A program made the translations under genes and the position numbers. A DNA stretch of 64,000 nt, from NCBI GenBank assembly GCA_963921275.4, contig OZ001293.3, positions 2,080,001 through 2,144,000 on the forward strand, in the 5' to 3' direction. The number at the start of each line of letters is the position of its first letter. Position 1 is the stretch's first letter. This DNA comes from an uncultured Hormoscilla sp. (GTDB lineage: Bacteria > Cyanobacteriota > Cyanobacteriia > Cyanobacteriales > Desertifilaceae). Positions 1-10,182 of this stretch are shown here, in pieces. Under the pieces are notes generated by a model. It saw only the letters and a program-made list of their open reading frames with translations, was not told the origin of the DNA and did no database searches.

Positions 1-2222
1 GCTCTCGTCGGAGGCTTGAGAAAAGGTATCAGCAGCAGCCCGCACAATACCAATATTGTCACCAGAGCGCTGCGGGGAACTGACAGCAGCCGATCGTCTA
101 GCATCCATCCAGAGTGAGCAGAAGCCTGAAAAATTACAGCCACCAAGTAGCCCAGATATACCCCCAGAGCTACCAAGGTCAGGGTTAACATGGCTGGCAG
201 GGTAAAATGAAGCAGCGATCGCATCAGGCTGCGCTGGGGTAGATGTCCCGGCTTTGCCCAAAGGGGAATGCTGAAGCTAGGCCACGCCAAGCCCAAAATC
301 GTGACCACAGCGCTATGCTTGTTCAGCAGCGGAAAGGTGAAACTGACCAAACCCGTAGAAAAAATCAGCAGCGTCACAGAAAACACCCTCACCATGAACA
401 GCTTCATCACATCCTGAATGCCATTGCGGATGCGCTGTCCTTCCTGGAAAGTATAGGGTAAAGTCCCAAAGGAATCCTTCAGCAGGACAATATCAGCTAC
501 ATTCCGGGTAGCCTTACTGCCGCTTTCCATGGCAATGGCTAAGTTCGCCTGCTTGAGGGACAAGACATCGTTCACCCCATCCCCGATCATCGCCACGTAA
601 TTTCCCTGCTGGCGCAGAGTCTGTACTAGCTTAGCTTTTTGCTCGGGGAGGATCCGACCAAAGATCGTACCTCTAAGGGCCGCCTCGGCGAACTGGGCTT
701 CATCCATCTGGGCCAATTCCGGTCCCGAGATAATTTCGGTTGGTTGGTTTAGTCCCATCTGTCTCACCAATGCCGCCACCGTTTGCGGGTTGTCACCGGA
801 GATAATTTTCACCTCAATGCCTGCCTCAGCAAAGCGATCGAGAGTTTTGCGGGCTAAGGAGCGCAACTCGTCGCTGAAGCTGACTATCCCCAGGGGGGTG
901 AGGTGTTCCGGTAAGCAGGGTTGGTCGGCAACATTGCCTATAGAGGTAATCCCAGCGCTGTAAACAAACAGAAGTACGCGCCACCCCTGTTCGGCTAATG
1001 CCTCGATCTGTGCTGTCAGTTCTCGGCTCTCCGGGACAGCAGCAGCCAGCATTTCCGGAGCCCCCAGCACGTAAACGCCGCCGCAGTCAAAAGCCAGGGC
1101 ACTCCACTTGCGGGCGGAAGAGAAAGGAACCTCAGCTTCGACAACTCTGGTCCGTCCCGGACAAGCCTCACCAATAGCCTCAGTGGTGCGGTTTTTCGTG
1201 GTAGTGCTAGCGGCGTAATCACCCAAGAGTCCCCGCAGTTCCCTCTCGCTGATGCCAATAGGGTAAACAGCATCCAGCTTAATCCGGTTAGCAGTTAGGG
1301 TGCCAGTTTTGTCCAGACAGAGTACGTTCACATTGCTCAATGACTCCACTGCATTCGCCTGCTGGATTAGCACCTGCTGCCCTACCATCCGTAATGCCCC
1401 CAGGGTGTAGGCCATGATGATTGTCATGTACAGCCCGCTGGGCACTAACCCGGCGATCACTGCTGCTCTCTGTACGCCATCGGCAAAGGAGATGATATTG
1501 ATTGCTGTCGGAATGGCAACTAAAATCCACAGAAAGCAGGCCACTAAGAGAAAAACCCGAATTATCAGGTTAATTTCCTGCTGAAGCGGAGTATGCATCT
1601 GGCGAAAGGCCCGGGCCCCGACTGTCAATTGATAAGCCCGACTCTGGGTGCCCACTTTTTCAGCCTCGCAGTAGGCACTGCCATTGACACAGAAGCTGCC
1701 AGAATAAACTGGATCTTTAGCTTGTTTAGGAATCAGGTCCGACTCGCCAGTCAGTAGAGACTCGTCCACCTCCATGGGCCCGGAACCAATGACCTGTCCA
1801 TCCACCATAATCTGATCCCCCGGAGAGATATACAGTATATCTCCGAGTACAATTTCGCTCGGATCTATGCTTTGCTCTCGTCCAGAACGGATGACGGTCA
1901 CTTTGGGGCGGAAGAGCAAGGCGATCTGATCCAGTTTGCGTTTCGCTGCCATCTCCTGAACTACGTTGACCACTACACCCCCCAGGATGACCACCACTAC
2001 CAGGAATGCATCGCCGAATTGTTCCAGCTTAATCAGTACCAGGCCGATGGTCAGGAAAACCGCGTTGATGAAGGTAAACAGGTTCTCCCGCAGAATTTGG
2101 CAATAGGAACGGCTAGTTGATAACTTGACATTATTGCCCTGGCCCGCCGCACGGCGTGAGACTACCTCGCGATCGCTCAAACCTTGTAGACCCGACTTGT
2201 GCTTGACATCAGAGTTATTCAT
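1..2222 (-). CDS. Cation-transporting P-type ATPase (CtpE-like), runs off the left edge
   Basis: Minus-strand frame from ATG at 2222 (MNNSDVKHKSGLQGLSDREV...RENLFTFIN) with ESLLTGES, CLDKTGTLT, PFSSARKWS and MIGDGVND motifs; no stop seen in the parts read, which would explain its absence from the ORF track. Confidence 0.9.
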   Translation of the reverse strand, partial: MNNSDVKHKSGLQGLSDREVVSRRAAGQGNNVKLSTSRSYCQILRENLFTFINAVFLTIGLVLIKLEQFGDAFLVVVVILGGVVVNVVQEMAAKRKLDQIALLFRPKVTVIRSGREQSIDPSEIVLGDILYISPGDQIMVDGQVIGSGPMEVDESLLTGESDLIPKQAKDPVYSGSFCVNGSAYCEAEKVGTQSRAYQLTVGARAFRQMHTPLQQEINLIIRVFLLVACFLWILVAIPTAINIISFADGVQRAAVIAGLVPSGLYMTIIMAYTLGALRMVGQQVLIQQANAVESLSNVNVLCLDKTGTLTANRIKLDAVYPIGISERELRGLLGDYAASTTTKNRTTEAIGEACPGRTRVVEAEVPFSSARKWSALAFDCGGVYVLGAPEMLAAAVPESRELTAQIEALAEQGWRVLLFVYSAGITSIGNVADQPCLPEHLTPLGIVSFSDELRSLARKTLDRFAEAGIEVKIISGDNPQTVAALVRQMGLNQPTEIISGPELAQMDEAQFAEAALRGTIFGRILPEQKAKLVQTLRQQGNYVAMIGDGVNDVLSLKQANLAIAMESGSKATRNVADIVLLKDSFGTLPYTFQEGQRIRNGIQDVMKLFMVRVFSVTLLIFSTGLVSFTFPLLNKHSAVVTILGLAWPSFSIPLWAKPGHLPQRSLMRSLLHFTLPAMLTLTLVALGVYLGYLVAVIFQASAHSGWMLDDRLLSVPRSALVTILVLCGLLLIPFLKPPTR

Positions 2223-2907
2223 ATCTAATGTGTCTGGGTGACGATTTATGTTTGACTAGCTCCATGCCGTTTAACCCTGAGAACCATAATTCATTGTTCC
2301 TCAATTGTCCTAATCGCGCAGCGTGGCGCAGCCATTCGCTTCTTTCGTCCATACCCCACATCACAAGAAAAGGCACACCCAGCCCCAAGAGCAAGTTTAG
2401 TCCCAACCAAGCCAGGGAAGTAGACTGGTTCCAACCGTGAATGAAAAAGCCCTGTTTGGTCATCGAGTACAGTGCATCCCACAGCAAATGCGCAGACATG
2501 CCTACAGATAGACCAAATGCCCCATCTCGCAACCATTTCCAGGCTGGCGACCTGCTGGGATGCATCCTCCACAAGCTAGTGAAGAGCAAACTGACTGGCA
2601 GCAACACAGAGTGAAACATCCAACTGCGGTGCAGCAGGAATCTCCATCTGGTCCAGTTATACAAAGGAATATCCCAATCTGGCACTGCCATAAAAAAGAG
2701 GTCACCAGACAAAACCGGGACATGCAGCTTGCGAAAAATGAACAAGCCACTTGCTCCCCAAATTAACATAACGAAGAACCAGATGGGATTAACTCGGCGC
2801 ACCCCAGTTGGGGCGTAGCGTTCGGTCAGCTGCCAAAACCCCACAGCCACAGCTAGGCCAACCACAAAATGCATCAGCTTGTCGGTAGATAGGTACATAG
2901 GCCGCAA
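2215..2907 (-). CDS. Hypothetical multi-pass membrane protein
   Basis: 230-aa ORF with several hydrophobic segments and HRS.MFHS / SAHLLWD motifs; its stop overlaps the ATPase start. Confidence 0.65.
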   Translation of the reverse strand: MRPMYLSTDKLMHFVVGLAVAVGFWQLTERYAPTGVRRVNPIWFFVMLIWGASGLFIFRKLHVPVLSGDLFFMAVPDWDIPLYNWTRWRFLLHRSWMFHSVLLPVSLLFTSLWRMHPSRSPAWKWLRDGAFGLSVGMSAHLLWDALYSMTKQGFFIHGWNQSTSLAWLGLNLLLGLGVPFLVMWGMDERSEWLRHAARLGQLRNNELWFSGLNGMELVKHKSSPRHIRYE

Positions 2908-3063
2908 TTTGTCTTATGGATTCAAGCTTACTGTACCCTTTGCTGATGCTGGATGGGTTGCCTAGGAGCTGAAAATGCCATCTTTTATTATACTCTATTA
3001 TCAACTATTACTGTGACTTGTCCCACTATTATCAGTGTTTTCAGTCACATATAAGTTTTCCCC

Positions 3064-3640
3064 ACCAAAGCTGACCGATATGGACCCCTAGGCCTGCCCC
3101 GCAATCTTGTCAGATTCACTCTCCGAAGATGAGAAAGAGGCGATCGATCGGATGCTGCGGTCTGTACGCAAAGGACGGATCTTGCTGGTAGATGAACTCT
3201 CGGCAGTGAACAACTACACCCCCAGGTGGTCAGGTTCAGATCTATAGGGACCGGTATTTATATGTGGGGCTGGTGTCTTTTGTTTTAAGGTAGAGTTCAA
3301 GGCACAAGACGATGTTACCAGTTAAACTGCTTCGCTGCGGCCTGTCTGACCTCTTCGAGCAAGTCGTGAGAACCAGCAAGTCGTGAGAACCAGCTGCATC
3401 ACCAAAGCTGCTCGGGTCTCCTGTACTTATAGTGATAAGTACAACTTATATATACGCCAAATCAAGGGTTTCAGCCTTTTTCGACCACCTATTTTGTATC
3501 CGGCGATACATTTATCACCAAAAACCCAGGAGAGCCAGCTGCTCAATTTAGATGAGAAAGACACTACGAGACCCATGTGGCTTTCTGTACGCACAAAGGA
3601 CGGATCGCGCTGGTAGATGAACTCTCGGCAGTGAAGAACA
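3064..3640 (+). pseudogene. Two degraded tandem copies of a small cyanobacterial hypothetical gene (ADRYG...LSEDEKEAIDRMLRSVRKGRILLVDELSAV)
   Basis: Segment aaaggacggatc..gctggtagatgaactctcggcagtgaa occurs at ~3170 and ~3595; frames are broken. Confidence 0.5.
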
Positions 3641-3892
3641 ACCCCCACTGGGTGACCAGGTTGATCGCCATCAACTTAATCGGTTCAACCCACTATGATA
3701 TTGATTCCGGGTGCATTTGTTGGCTATTTGACAATTGTTAATTGAGCAATTGTTAATTGAAAATTGAGAAAGGTAGATTTCTTTACGACCAACTGAAAAT
3801 TGAAAATTGACAACTGACAACTGACCACCGACAACTGACCACTGAATTCATATCCATTCCCAAGAAGCCATTTGCCATTCGCTTCGCGGCCA

Positions 3893-4327
3893 TTACGTTG
3901 CTTTTACCCTCATATTGGTGGTCATAAACGTTCCATTGCCCGAATATTGGGGAGTAGAGTCGGGAATGGGTGGAGTCGGTCCCTTCGGCGGTTGCATTGC
4001 TGGCACCATGACTTGAAACTTGGCCTTGAAGGTACTACCCTTGAGCAAAACTGCCTTGCCGCCGGATTTGGTTTTCTTGGCTTTTTGATTCCCGGCTAGA
4101 GAGTCGATCGTCAGGGTGCCTACACCGGGAATGCTATACACTGGTGTCATGTAGGCGCAGCCGGGGACGATGACTTTTTTCTCATCCCCATCCACACAAA
4201 TCGGTTTCTTGTTAATTGTACCTTTGCCAGTGCCAGCAAGAATACCGGGTACTGGTACTACCGTTGCTGCTCCAAAGGTGGGGGTGAATAGGGCTTGGTC
4301 GCCCGTGGTTAAAATAAAATCAGCCAT
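3893..4327 (-). CDS. Afp10/Pvc10-like spike-tip (PAAR-like) protein of contractile injection systems
   Basis: 144 aa; GD..F.PTFG, GTG...I.KKP.C..GDEK, Y.TP....PG.GTLTI, LLKG..F.A.F, P.PD....SG.G.F pattern recalled from Pvc10/Afp10. Confidence 0.7.
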   Translation of the reverse strand: MADFILTTGDQALFTPTFGAATVVPVPGILAGTGKGTINKKPICVDGDEKKVIVPGCAYMTPVYSIPGVGTLTIDSLAGNQKAKKTKSGGKAVLLKGSTFKAKFQVMVPAMQPPKGPTPPIPDSTPQYSGNGTFMTTNMRVKAT

Positions 4328-4330
4328 TGT

Positions 4331-4417
4331 GTCAGTTCCGTAGGGCGGGCGGATCGCCTGCCAGTCAGTGGTCAGTTCCGTAGGGCGGGCGGATCGCCTG
4401 CCAGTCAGTGGTCAGTT
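4331..4417. repeat. 40-bp direct repeat x2 containing a GTAGGGCGGGC...GCCTGCC REP-like palindrome
   Basis: gtcagttccgtagggcgggcggatcgcctgccagtcagtg repeated exactly. Confidence 0.85.
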
Positions 4418-4586
4418 GTCAATGCCAGAATTTTCAGTTGGTCGTGAGTAGACTATAGCAAACGCGATCGCCCCATGTCAACCAAGCTGCCAGAGATGCA
4501 TGCGATCGGGCCCGAGGACGCCACTACTGGGGATTCCTACTCAAACCTTAATTCATTATTAAAATTGCTGATCAATCGCCAATTCG

Positions 4587-4629
4587 GTAACAAAGAATAC
4601 AGTTATTTCCTGGCTTAGCGTCATAAGAT
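4587..4629 (+). promoter_or_regulatory. NtcA-activated promoter of the urt operon
   Basis: GTA-ACAAAGAA-TAC (GTA-N8-TAC) at 4587-4600, then 23 nt to a TAAGAT -10 box, just upstream of urtA. Confidence 0.8.
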
Positions 4630-4664
4630 CGCCCTCTAGTCTCGAACAGGAGTAGAGTAGCAGG

Positions 4665-5930
4665 ATGATAAGTAGAGTTAGTCGGCGTAAATTTATCTTA
4701 TATAGTTCTGCCGCCCTGGGAACGAGCCTTCTCCTGAAAGCTTGCGGTGGTGATCTAAGTAGCAACTCAGATACTATCAAGGTGGGAATTCTGCACTCCC
4801 TCAGCGGCACGATGGCCATTAGCGAACAGAGTGTGGTGGATGCCGAACAGTTGGCAATTGAGGAGATCAACGCTGCTGGTGGGGTCTTGGGTAAGCAAAT
4901 TCAGCCAATTGTCGAAGATGGTGCTTCTGACTGGCCGACCTTTGCGGAGAAGGCCAGAAAGCTGATCGATCGGGATAAGGTGGTGGCGGTTTTCGGTTGC
5001 TGGACATCGGCCAGTCGCAAGGCGGTGCTGCCAGTGTTTGAAGAGAAAAAACACATGCTCTGGTATCCCGTACAGTACGAAGGGCAGGAATGTTCCAATA
5101 ACATCTTTTATACGGGGGCAGCACCAAATCAGCAAATTGAGCCTTCGGTGGATTGGTTGTTAGCAAATAAGGGCAAAAGGTTCTTTTTGGTGGGGTCGGA
5201 CTATGTTTTCCCCCGCACCGCTAATACGATCATTAAGGCACAGTTGAAGGCCAAGGGCGGTACAACGGTAGGGGAAGATTACCTCCCCCTGGGTAACACG
5301 GAAGTTACAGCGATCATTACTAAAATTAGACAGGCCCTTCCTAATGGCGGTGCGATCTACAATACTCTCAATGGTGACAGCAATGTGGCATTCTTCAAGC
5401 AGATGCAAGGGGCGGGTTTAGGACCGGATAAGTATCCGGTGATGTCCGTGAGTATTGCTGAAGAAGAAGTAAAGGCGATCGGGGTTACCTACCTGAAAGG
5501 TCACTACGCGGCCTGGAATTATTTCCAAACTGTGAATACCCCTGCGAATAAGAAGTTTGTGGAGGCGTTTAAGGCTAAGTACGGTCAAAACCGGGTGACG
5601 AATGACCCCATGGAAGCGGCTTACATTGGGGTTTATATGTGGAAGCAGGCGGTAGAAAAGGCGGGGACTGCTGAGGATCTAGAAGCGGTCCGCAAAGCAG
5701 CTTACGGTCTGACTTTTGACGCGCCGGAAGGGAAGGTGACGATGACACCAAATCATCACCTTGCTAAATGGGTGCGAATTGGTAAGATCCGTGATGATGG
5801 GATGTTTGAGATTGTTAATTCCACTAAATCAGCTGTCGATCCCATTCCCTGGAATCAATTTGTGGCGGAAACGAAGGGCTTTGCTTGTGACTGGTCCGAC
5901 CCGAATAAGGGCGGTAAGTATAAGGTTTGA
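4665..5930 (+). CDS. urtA: Urea ABC transporter substrate-binding protein
   Basis: RRKF..LLKAC signal; [44 protein letters not shown]. Confidence 0.97.
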   Translation: MISRVSRRKFILYSSAALGTSLLLKACGGDLSSNSDTIKVGILHSLSGTMAISEQSVVDAEQLAIEEINAAGGVLGKQIQPIVEDGASDWPTFAEKARKLIDRDKVVAVFGCWTSASRKAVLPVFEEKKHMLWYPVQYEGQECSNNIFYTGAAPNQQIEPSVDWLLANKGKRFFLVGSDYVFPRTANTIIKAQLKAKGGTTVGEDYLPLGNTEVTAIITKIRQALPNGGAIYNTLNGDSNVAFFKQMQGAGLGPDKYPVMSVSIAEEEVKAIGVTYLKGHYAAWNYFQTVNTPANKKFVEAFKAKYGQNRVTNDPMEAAYIGVYMWKQAVEKAGTAEDLEAVRKAAYGLTFDAPEGKVTMTPNHHLAKWVRIGKIRDDGMFEIVNSTKSAVDPIPWNQFVAETKGFACDWSDPNKGGKYKV

Positions 5931-5976
5931 ATTGGCGGGTGGGCACCTTATATGTTGTGACTTGATAGAGTTACTC

Positions 5977-6140
5977 AAACCCTTATTACCCTCGTTCCCA
6001 GGGTCTCCCTGGGAATGAGAAACCCTTATTACCCTCATTTCCAGGGTCTCCCTGGGAATGAGAAGTCTGAGGCTCTGCCTCCTGTCAATTATTGAGACCT
6101 TGAGGCTGAGCCTCAACCGGAAGTGACCAGGGAGATCCTG
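5977..6140. repeat. 43-bp direct repeat x2 plus TTCCCAGG...CCTGGGAA REP-like palindromes
   Basis: aaacccttattaccctc(g/a)ttcccagggtctccctgggaatgag duplicated. Confidence 0.7.
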
Positions 6141-6507
6141 GTCACTAGAGAAACCTTTATAAGGGAGGCAGGGGGGATCGGAATCTTGGCAACTGGTTCT
6201 GACCACGCCCGAATGGAGAATGGAGATGGGATGAAGCATTACTAAGATTAACAGCTAACAATTAATAGCATTTTTGTTAAATATATGATAGACTTGACTA
6301 GAGCATCGAGTAGAAACTAGAAACCGGGTTGGTTGTCAAGATGACAACGAGATATCAATGCTTTTATCAGAGAAAGCCGGTTTCTTGACCGACGTTATAG
6401 GCACGGGTTCTCTCGGAGGCAGGAGCCTCAGAAGACCGTTACCAGGTAGAACCTGGGAACAAGAAGGTAGCCGTTTTTTCTAGATCGCAATAACAGAGAG
6501 GAGGAAA

Positions 6508-7677
6508 GTGGAATTACTGTTAGAAGGAATATTTAATGGGATTAGTATTGGGGCGGTTTTGCTGATCGCGGCCCTGGGTTTGGCGATCGCATTCGGGCTG
6601 ATGGGGGTGATTAATTTAGCCCACGGGGAGTTGATGATGCTGGGGGCCTATACGACTTTTGTGGTGCAAAATGGCTTCAAGTTGCTGGGCGGTTCTCTGT
6701 TTGAAATTTACATTTTTGTGGCTTTACCGGCGGCTTTTCTCGTGGCAGCAGCAGTAGGTTTGCTGTTAGAAAGAGCGGTGATTAAATATCTTTACGGACG
6801 CCCTTTGGAGACCCTGTTAGCAACTTGGGGGGTGAGTCTGATTTTGCAGCAGTTTGTCCGCAGTGTCAGCTGGCAGATGGTGATTGGCATTCTGCTGTTT
6901 TGCTTGCTATTTTGGGGCGGGTTATGGATAATATCTCGCCAGCGGTCAGATTTCGCTCGCATTCGCAATTGGGTATTATCGATCGTGTTACCATTGTCGG
7001 CGGGAATAGCAGGGGCGACGGCGGCTTTGCTAGGGCAGGTTTTTAAGTTGGCAGTCACTCAACCTTGGTTTGGGGCCCAAAATGTGGACGTGACGGCACC
7101 GGAATGGTTGCGGGGTGGCTTGCTACTGCCCCTCGGAAATAATTTTCAACTGTCTTATGTGAGGCTGTTTATAATTGGGCTCACGGTCCTTTGTATTGTC
7201 GGCATTTATCTGTTCTTGCAGCGATCGTCCTGGGGTTTGCGGATCCGGGCGGTGACCCAAAACCGCAGCATGAGTGCCTGTTTGGGCATTCCGACTAATA
7301 AGGTTGACGCCCTGAGTTTTGCCTTGGGTTCGGGGTTGGCAGGGGTGGCGGGTTGCGCTATCAGTTTGCTGGGTTCTGTGGGACCAAATACGGGACAAAA
7401 TTATATCGTGGATGCTTTTATGGTGGTGGTTGTAGGGGGCGTGGGAAAACTGGTGGGCAGCATTGTGGCGGCGATCGCGATCGGGACGACTAGCTACTTG
7501 ATCGGTTCTGGTACAATTGCTTTAATGGTAACGGAGATTAAGCCTCTGACTGATTTCTTGACTTTCTTTGCTACAACCAGTATGGCCAGGGTGATGGTAT
7601 TTGCCCTGATAATTGCTTTTCTGCAAGTTCGCCCCGCTGGCATGTTTCCTCAGAAAGGTCGGACTGTTGATGCTTAG
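6508..7677 (+). CDS. urtB: Urea ABC transporter permease
   Basis: GLMGVINLAHGELMMLGAY, LYGRPLETLLATWG, RIRAVTQNR. Confidence 0.95.
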   Translation: MELLLEGIFNGISIGAVLLIAALGLAIAFGLMGVINLAHGELMMLGAYTTFVVQNGFKLLGGSLFEIYIFVALPAAFLVAAAVGLLLERAVIKYLYGRPLETLLATWGVSLILQQFVRSVSWQMVIGILLFCLLFWGGLWIISRQRSDFARIRNWVLSIVLPLSAGIAGATAALLGQVFKLAVTQPWFGAQNVDVTAPEWLRGGLLLPLGNNFQLSYVRLFIIGLTVLCIVGIYLFLQRSSWGLRIRAVTQNRSMSACLGIPTNKVDALSFALGSGLAGVAGCAISLLGSVGPNTGQNYIVDAFMVVVVGGVGKLVGSIVAAIAIGTTSYLIGSGTIALMVTEIKPLTDFLTFFATTSMARVMVFALIIAFLQVRPAGMFPQKGRTVDA

Positions 7678-7688
7678 AGCCTAATATA

Positions 7689-8876
7689 ATGCTAGATTTA
7701 GTTTTAGGGAAAGGGATTAGAAAAAAGGGCCAAGGCCGCAAGCTATTGCTGATGGAGATGGCAGTGGTGGCGGCGATCGCCTTGCTGCTAATCTTAATTA
7801 TGCCAGTGATGCTGTCGGAGTTTCGCCTGAACTTGCTGGGGCGTTTTCTGGCTTTGGCGATCTCCGCCCTGGGCATTGACCTGATTTGGGGCTATACTGG
7901 TATGCTAAGTCTGGGGCATGGGGTCTTCTTTGCCTTGGGCGGATATGCGATCGCTATGCACATCAAGCTGGAAATACCGGCGGATGCGGCCACGCAACTG
8001 CCAGAATTCATGAGTCTGTACGGAGTCACGGAATTACCCTGGTTTTGGCAACCATTTGACTCCTTTTTCTTTGCTACCGCTGCTGTGGTCATTATTCCAG
8101 CTATCCTGGGGGCAATTCTGGGCTATCTGGTATTCCGCAACCGCATCCGGGGAGTTTATTTTTCCATTCTCACCCAAGCGGCAACTATTGTGTTTTTTAA
8201 CTTCTTCAACGGTCAGCAAAAATTAATTAACGGCACTAATGGCTTAACTTCTTTCAAAACTCTTTTGGGTGCCACAGTCAATGACTCCAAAACTCAGTTA
8301 GCATTCTATGCTATCACAGTGCTGTTGCTGGCCGTAACCTATGCTTTATGTCGCTGGCTGACGAGTGGACGCTTTGGACGCTTACTGGTGGCAATTCGGG
8401 ATGATGAAAGTCGCGTGCGTTTTACTGGTTACAACCCGACTGGCTATAAGGTTCTGGTATTTGCGATCTCCGCTGGGTTGGCCGGACTAGCGGGGGCGAT
8501 GTTTACCCTGCAAACTGGGATTATTTCTCCGAAAGCAATGGATATTGCTTTCTCCATTGAAATGGTAATCTGGGTAGCAGTGGGGGGTCGCGCTAGCTTG
8601 GTGGGTGCGGTTCTGGGTACCCTGATTGTTAACTATGGTAAAAGCTTGTTGTCCGAACAGTTTCCCCAAGTGTGGCTGTTCTTTCAGGGGGCTTTATTTT
8701 TGCTGGTCGTGACTGTACTTCCTAATGGTGTCGTTGGTTGGTTGCGCTTTCAGGGCCTGGAGAAAGTGCGATGGCACCTTTTAGGGAAGCAAGTAGTAAC
8801 CTATCCCAGTTTAGAGTCAGACCCAGAAGTGCAGCGGGAACGGGAATTATTAGAAAATGATACAATAGATGATTGA
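7689..8876 (+). CDS. urtC: Urea ABC transporter permease
   Basis: GIDLIWGYTGMLSLGHG, IRGVYFSILTQA, AIRDDESRVRF, SIEMVIWVAVGGR. Confidence 0.95.
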   Translation: MLDLVLGKGIRKKGQGRKLLLMEMAVVAAIALLLILIMPVMLSEFRLNLLGRFLALAISALGIDLIWGYTGMLSLGHGVFFALGGYAIAMHIKLEIPADAATQLPEFMSLYGVTELPWFWQPFDSFFFATAAVVIIPAILGAILGYLVFRNRIRGVYFSILTQAATIVFFNFFNGQQKLINGTNGLTSFKTLLGATVNDSKTQLAFYAITVLLLAVTYALCRWLTSGRFGRLLVAIRDDESRVRFTGYNPTGYKVLVFAISAGLAGLAGAMFTLQTGIISPKAMDIAFSIEMVIWVAVGGRASLVGAVLGTLIVNYGKSLLSEQFPQVWLFFQGALFLLVVTVLPNGVVGWLRFQGLEKVRWHLLGKQVVTYPSLESDPEVQRERELLENDTIDD

Positions 8877-10182
8877 GAATGTCCAATTGTGAGTCGCGTG
8901 TGGGTTGAGAAACCGCAGGGGGTTCAAACCCCCTGCTAATAGCTTAAGTCGGTTAAAACCGACTAAAAACCATAAAGTCGGTTTGGGTTGAGAAACTGGA
9001 ATGGGGGAAAATTCATAGGGCGCACCCGCACTAACACCCCCACCGTTACTAACACTTGCTCCAAAGGCAGCTTCTCCAGCGACGGTGGCATTTATATCTC
9101 CGTGATTACTGAATAATGTTAAGTCTAAGGGGGCTAAGGTGGTTTTCGCTGGTTAGTGAGCTTATCCCATGAATAGACCAACCCTGTGGTGTGAGCGCAT
9201 TCCGACTGCATCGGACCGGGGCACAGGGTCGCGCGTGTCAATAACGCGATCGTCGGAACTGATAATCTGTCCTAGCCGTGCTTCTACATTATCGGGAGTG
9301 TCTGGTTCTGGTGGCATCAGCATCATCATCTGGGCGTGAGCTGTGCTTCCTGACGAGCACTTCTGTTGCTTGTTACCACGCTATTATCCTAGGGATAACC
9401 AGTTTGGTTATCCCGAATGAGTGATTATGGCACTTGAGGCGATCGGCTGTCAAGGGTTTGTTCGCGTTTGCCTGGACCGAGACAGTCGCAAAGCATTTTC
9501 ACACAAGGCTTTGCGGCTTTTGTAAAGTTTTATTAATGTTGTCAACTAGCACCGGTGCTAGCACCGGTGCTTGCTGCGCATCCAGAAAATTTCCCTATCA
9601 AAAACGATGTCGAGACCTTGCTTACACCAGGGCCGGAGGTGTGAGCCTATGCCTCAGAGACTCATCACCGGTGCATAGGCAAAGATTTACATGCTTATGG
9701 CTTGCTGGATACCTAATACCTCTACAAAATGCGAGTGCCTGCCGGTTCCTTCTACTTCAGTAACCGGCTAATTACTACTATTTACTGAGCAAAAATACTA
9801 ATGCTGTTTACTGCCGGTGAAACGCTTTCAGAAAAAAGGTTGATTTTTTTCGCCTGGATGAAGGGAACTTGACAAACGTGCATGGGTATGCAGTGCGGCA
9901 AAAATAGGTGGATGTTTTTTGCAAAAAGGTGGATAAAGGTGGATTGTCATTCAAAAATGAGCTGGGCTATATTGGGTACAAGCTCAAATAAGCGGGCTGC
10001 TAAGGGCAGTAAACAGGTCACAGCAATGATTTCAGCTTTTCGGCTGGATTGTATTCTGTGAGGAATTCGCACTCTCCAGTTCCGCATGGTTGAGTGTGGG
10101 AATACTAAAACGGTTAGCAAAGTAGTCAATCTCAGCGTGCCGGAGAATAAGTGCTTTCGAGTCCTTTCGGGCAACCATTACC

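Noticed and set aside
8990..9400. Possible remnant of an exported PEP/PFE-CTERM-like gene on the minus strand (…GAPYEFSP)
   Set aside because: Too degraded, with no continuous frame; cannot be supported
9905..9946. AGGTGGAT x3 upstream of patA as an operator
   Set aside because: Irregular spacing and no candidate regulator; could be chance
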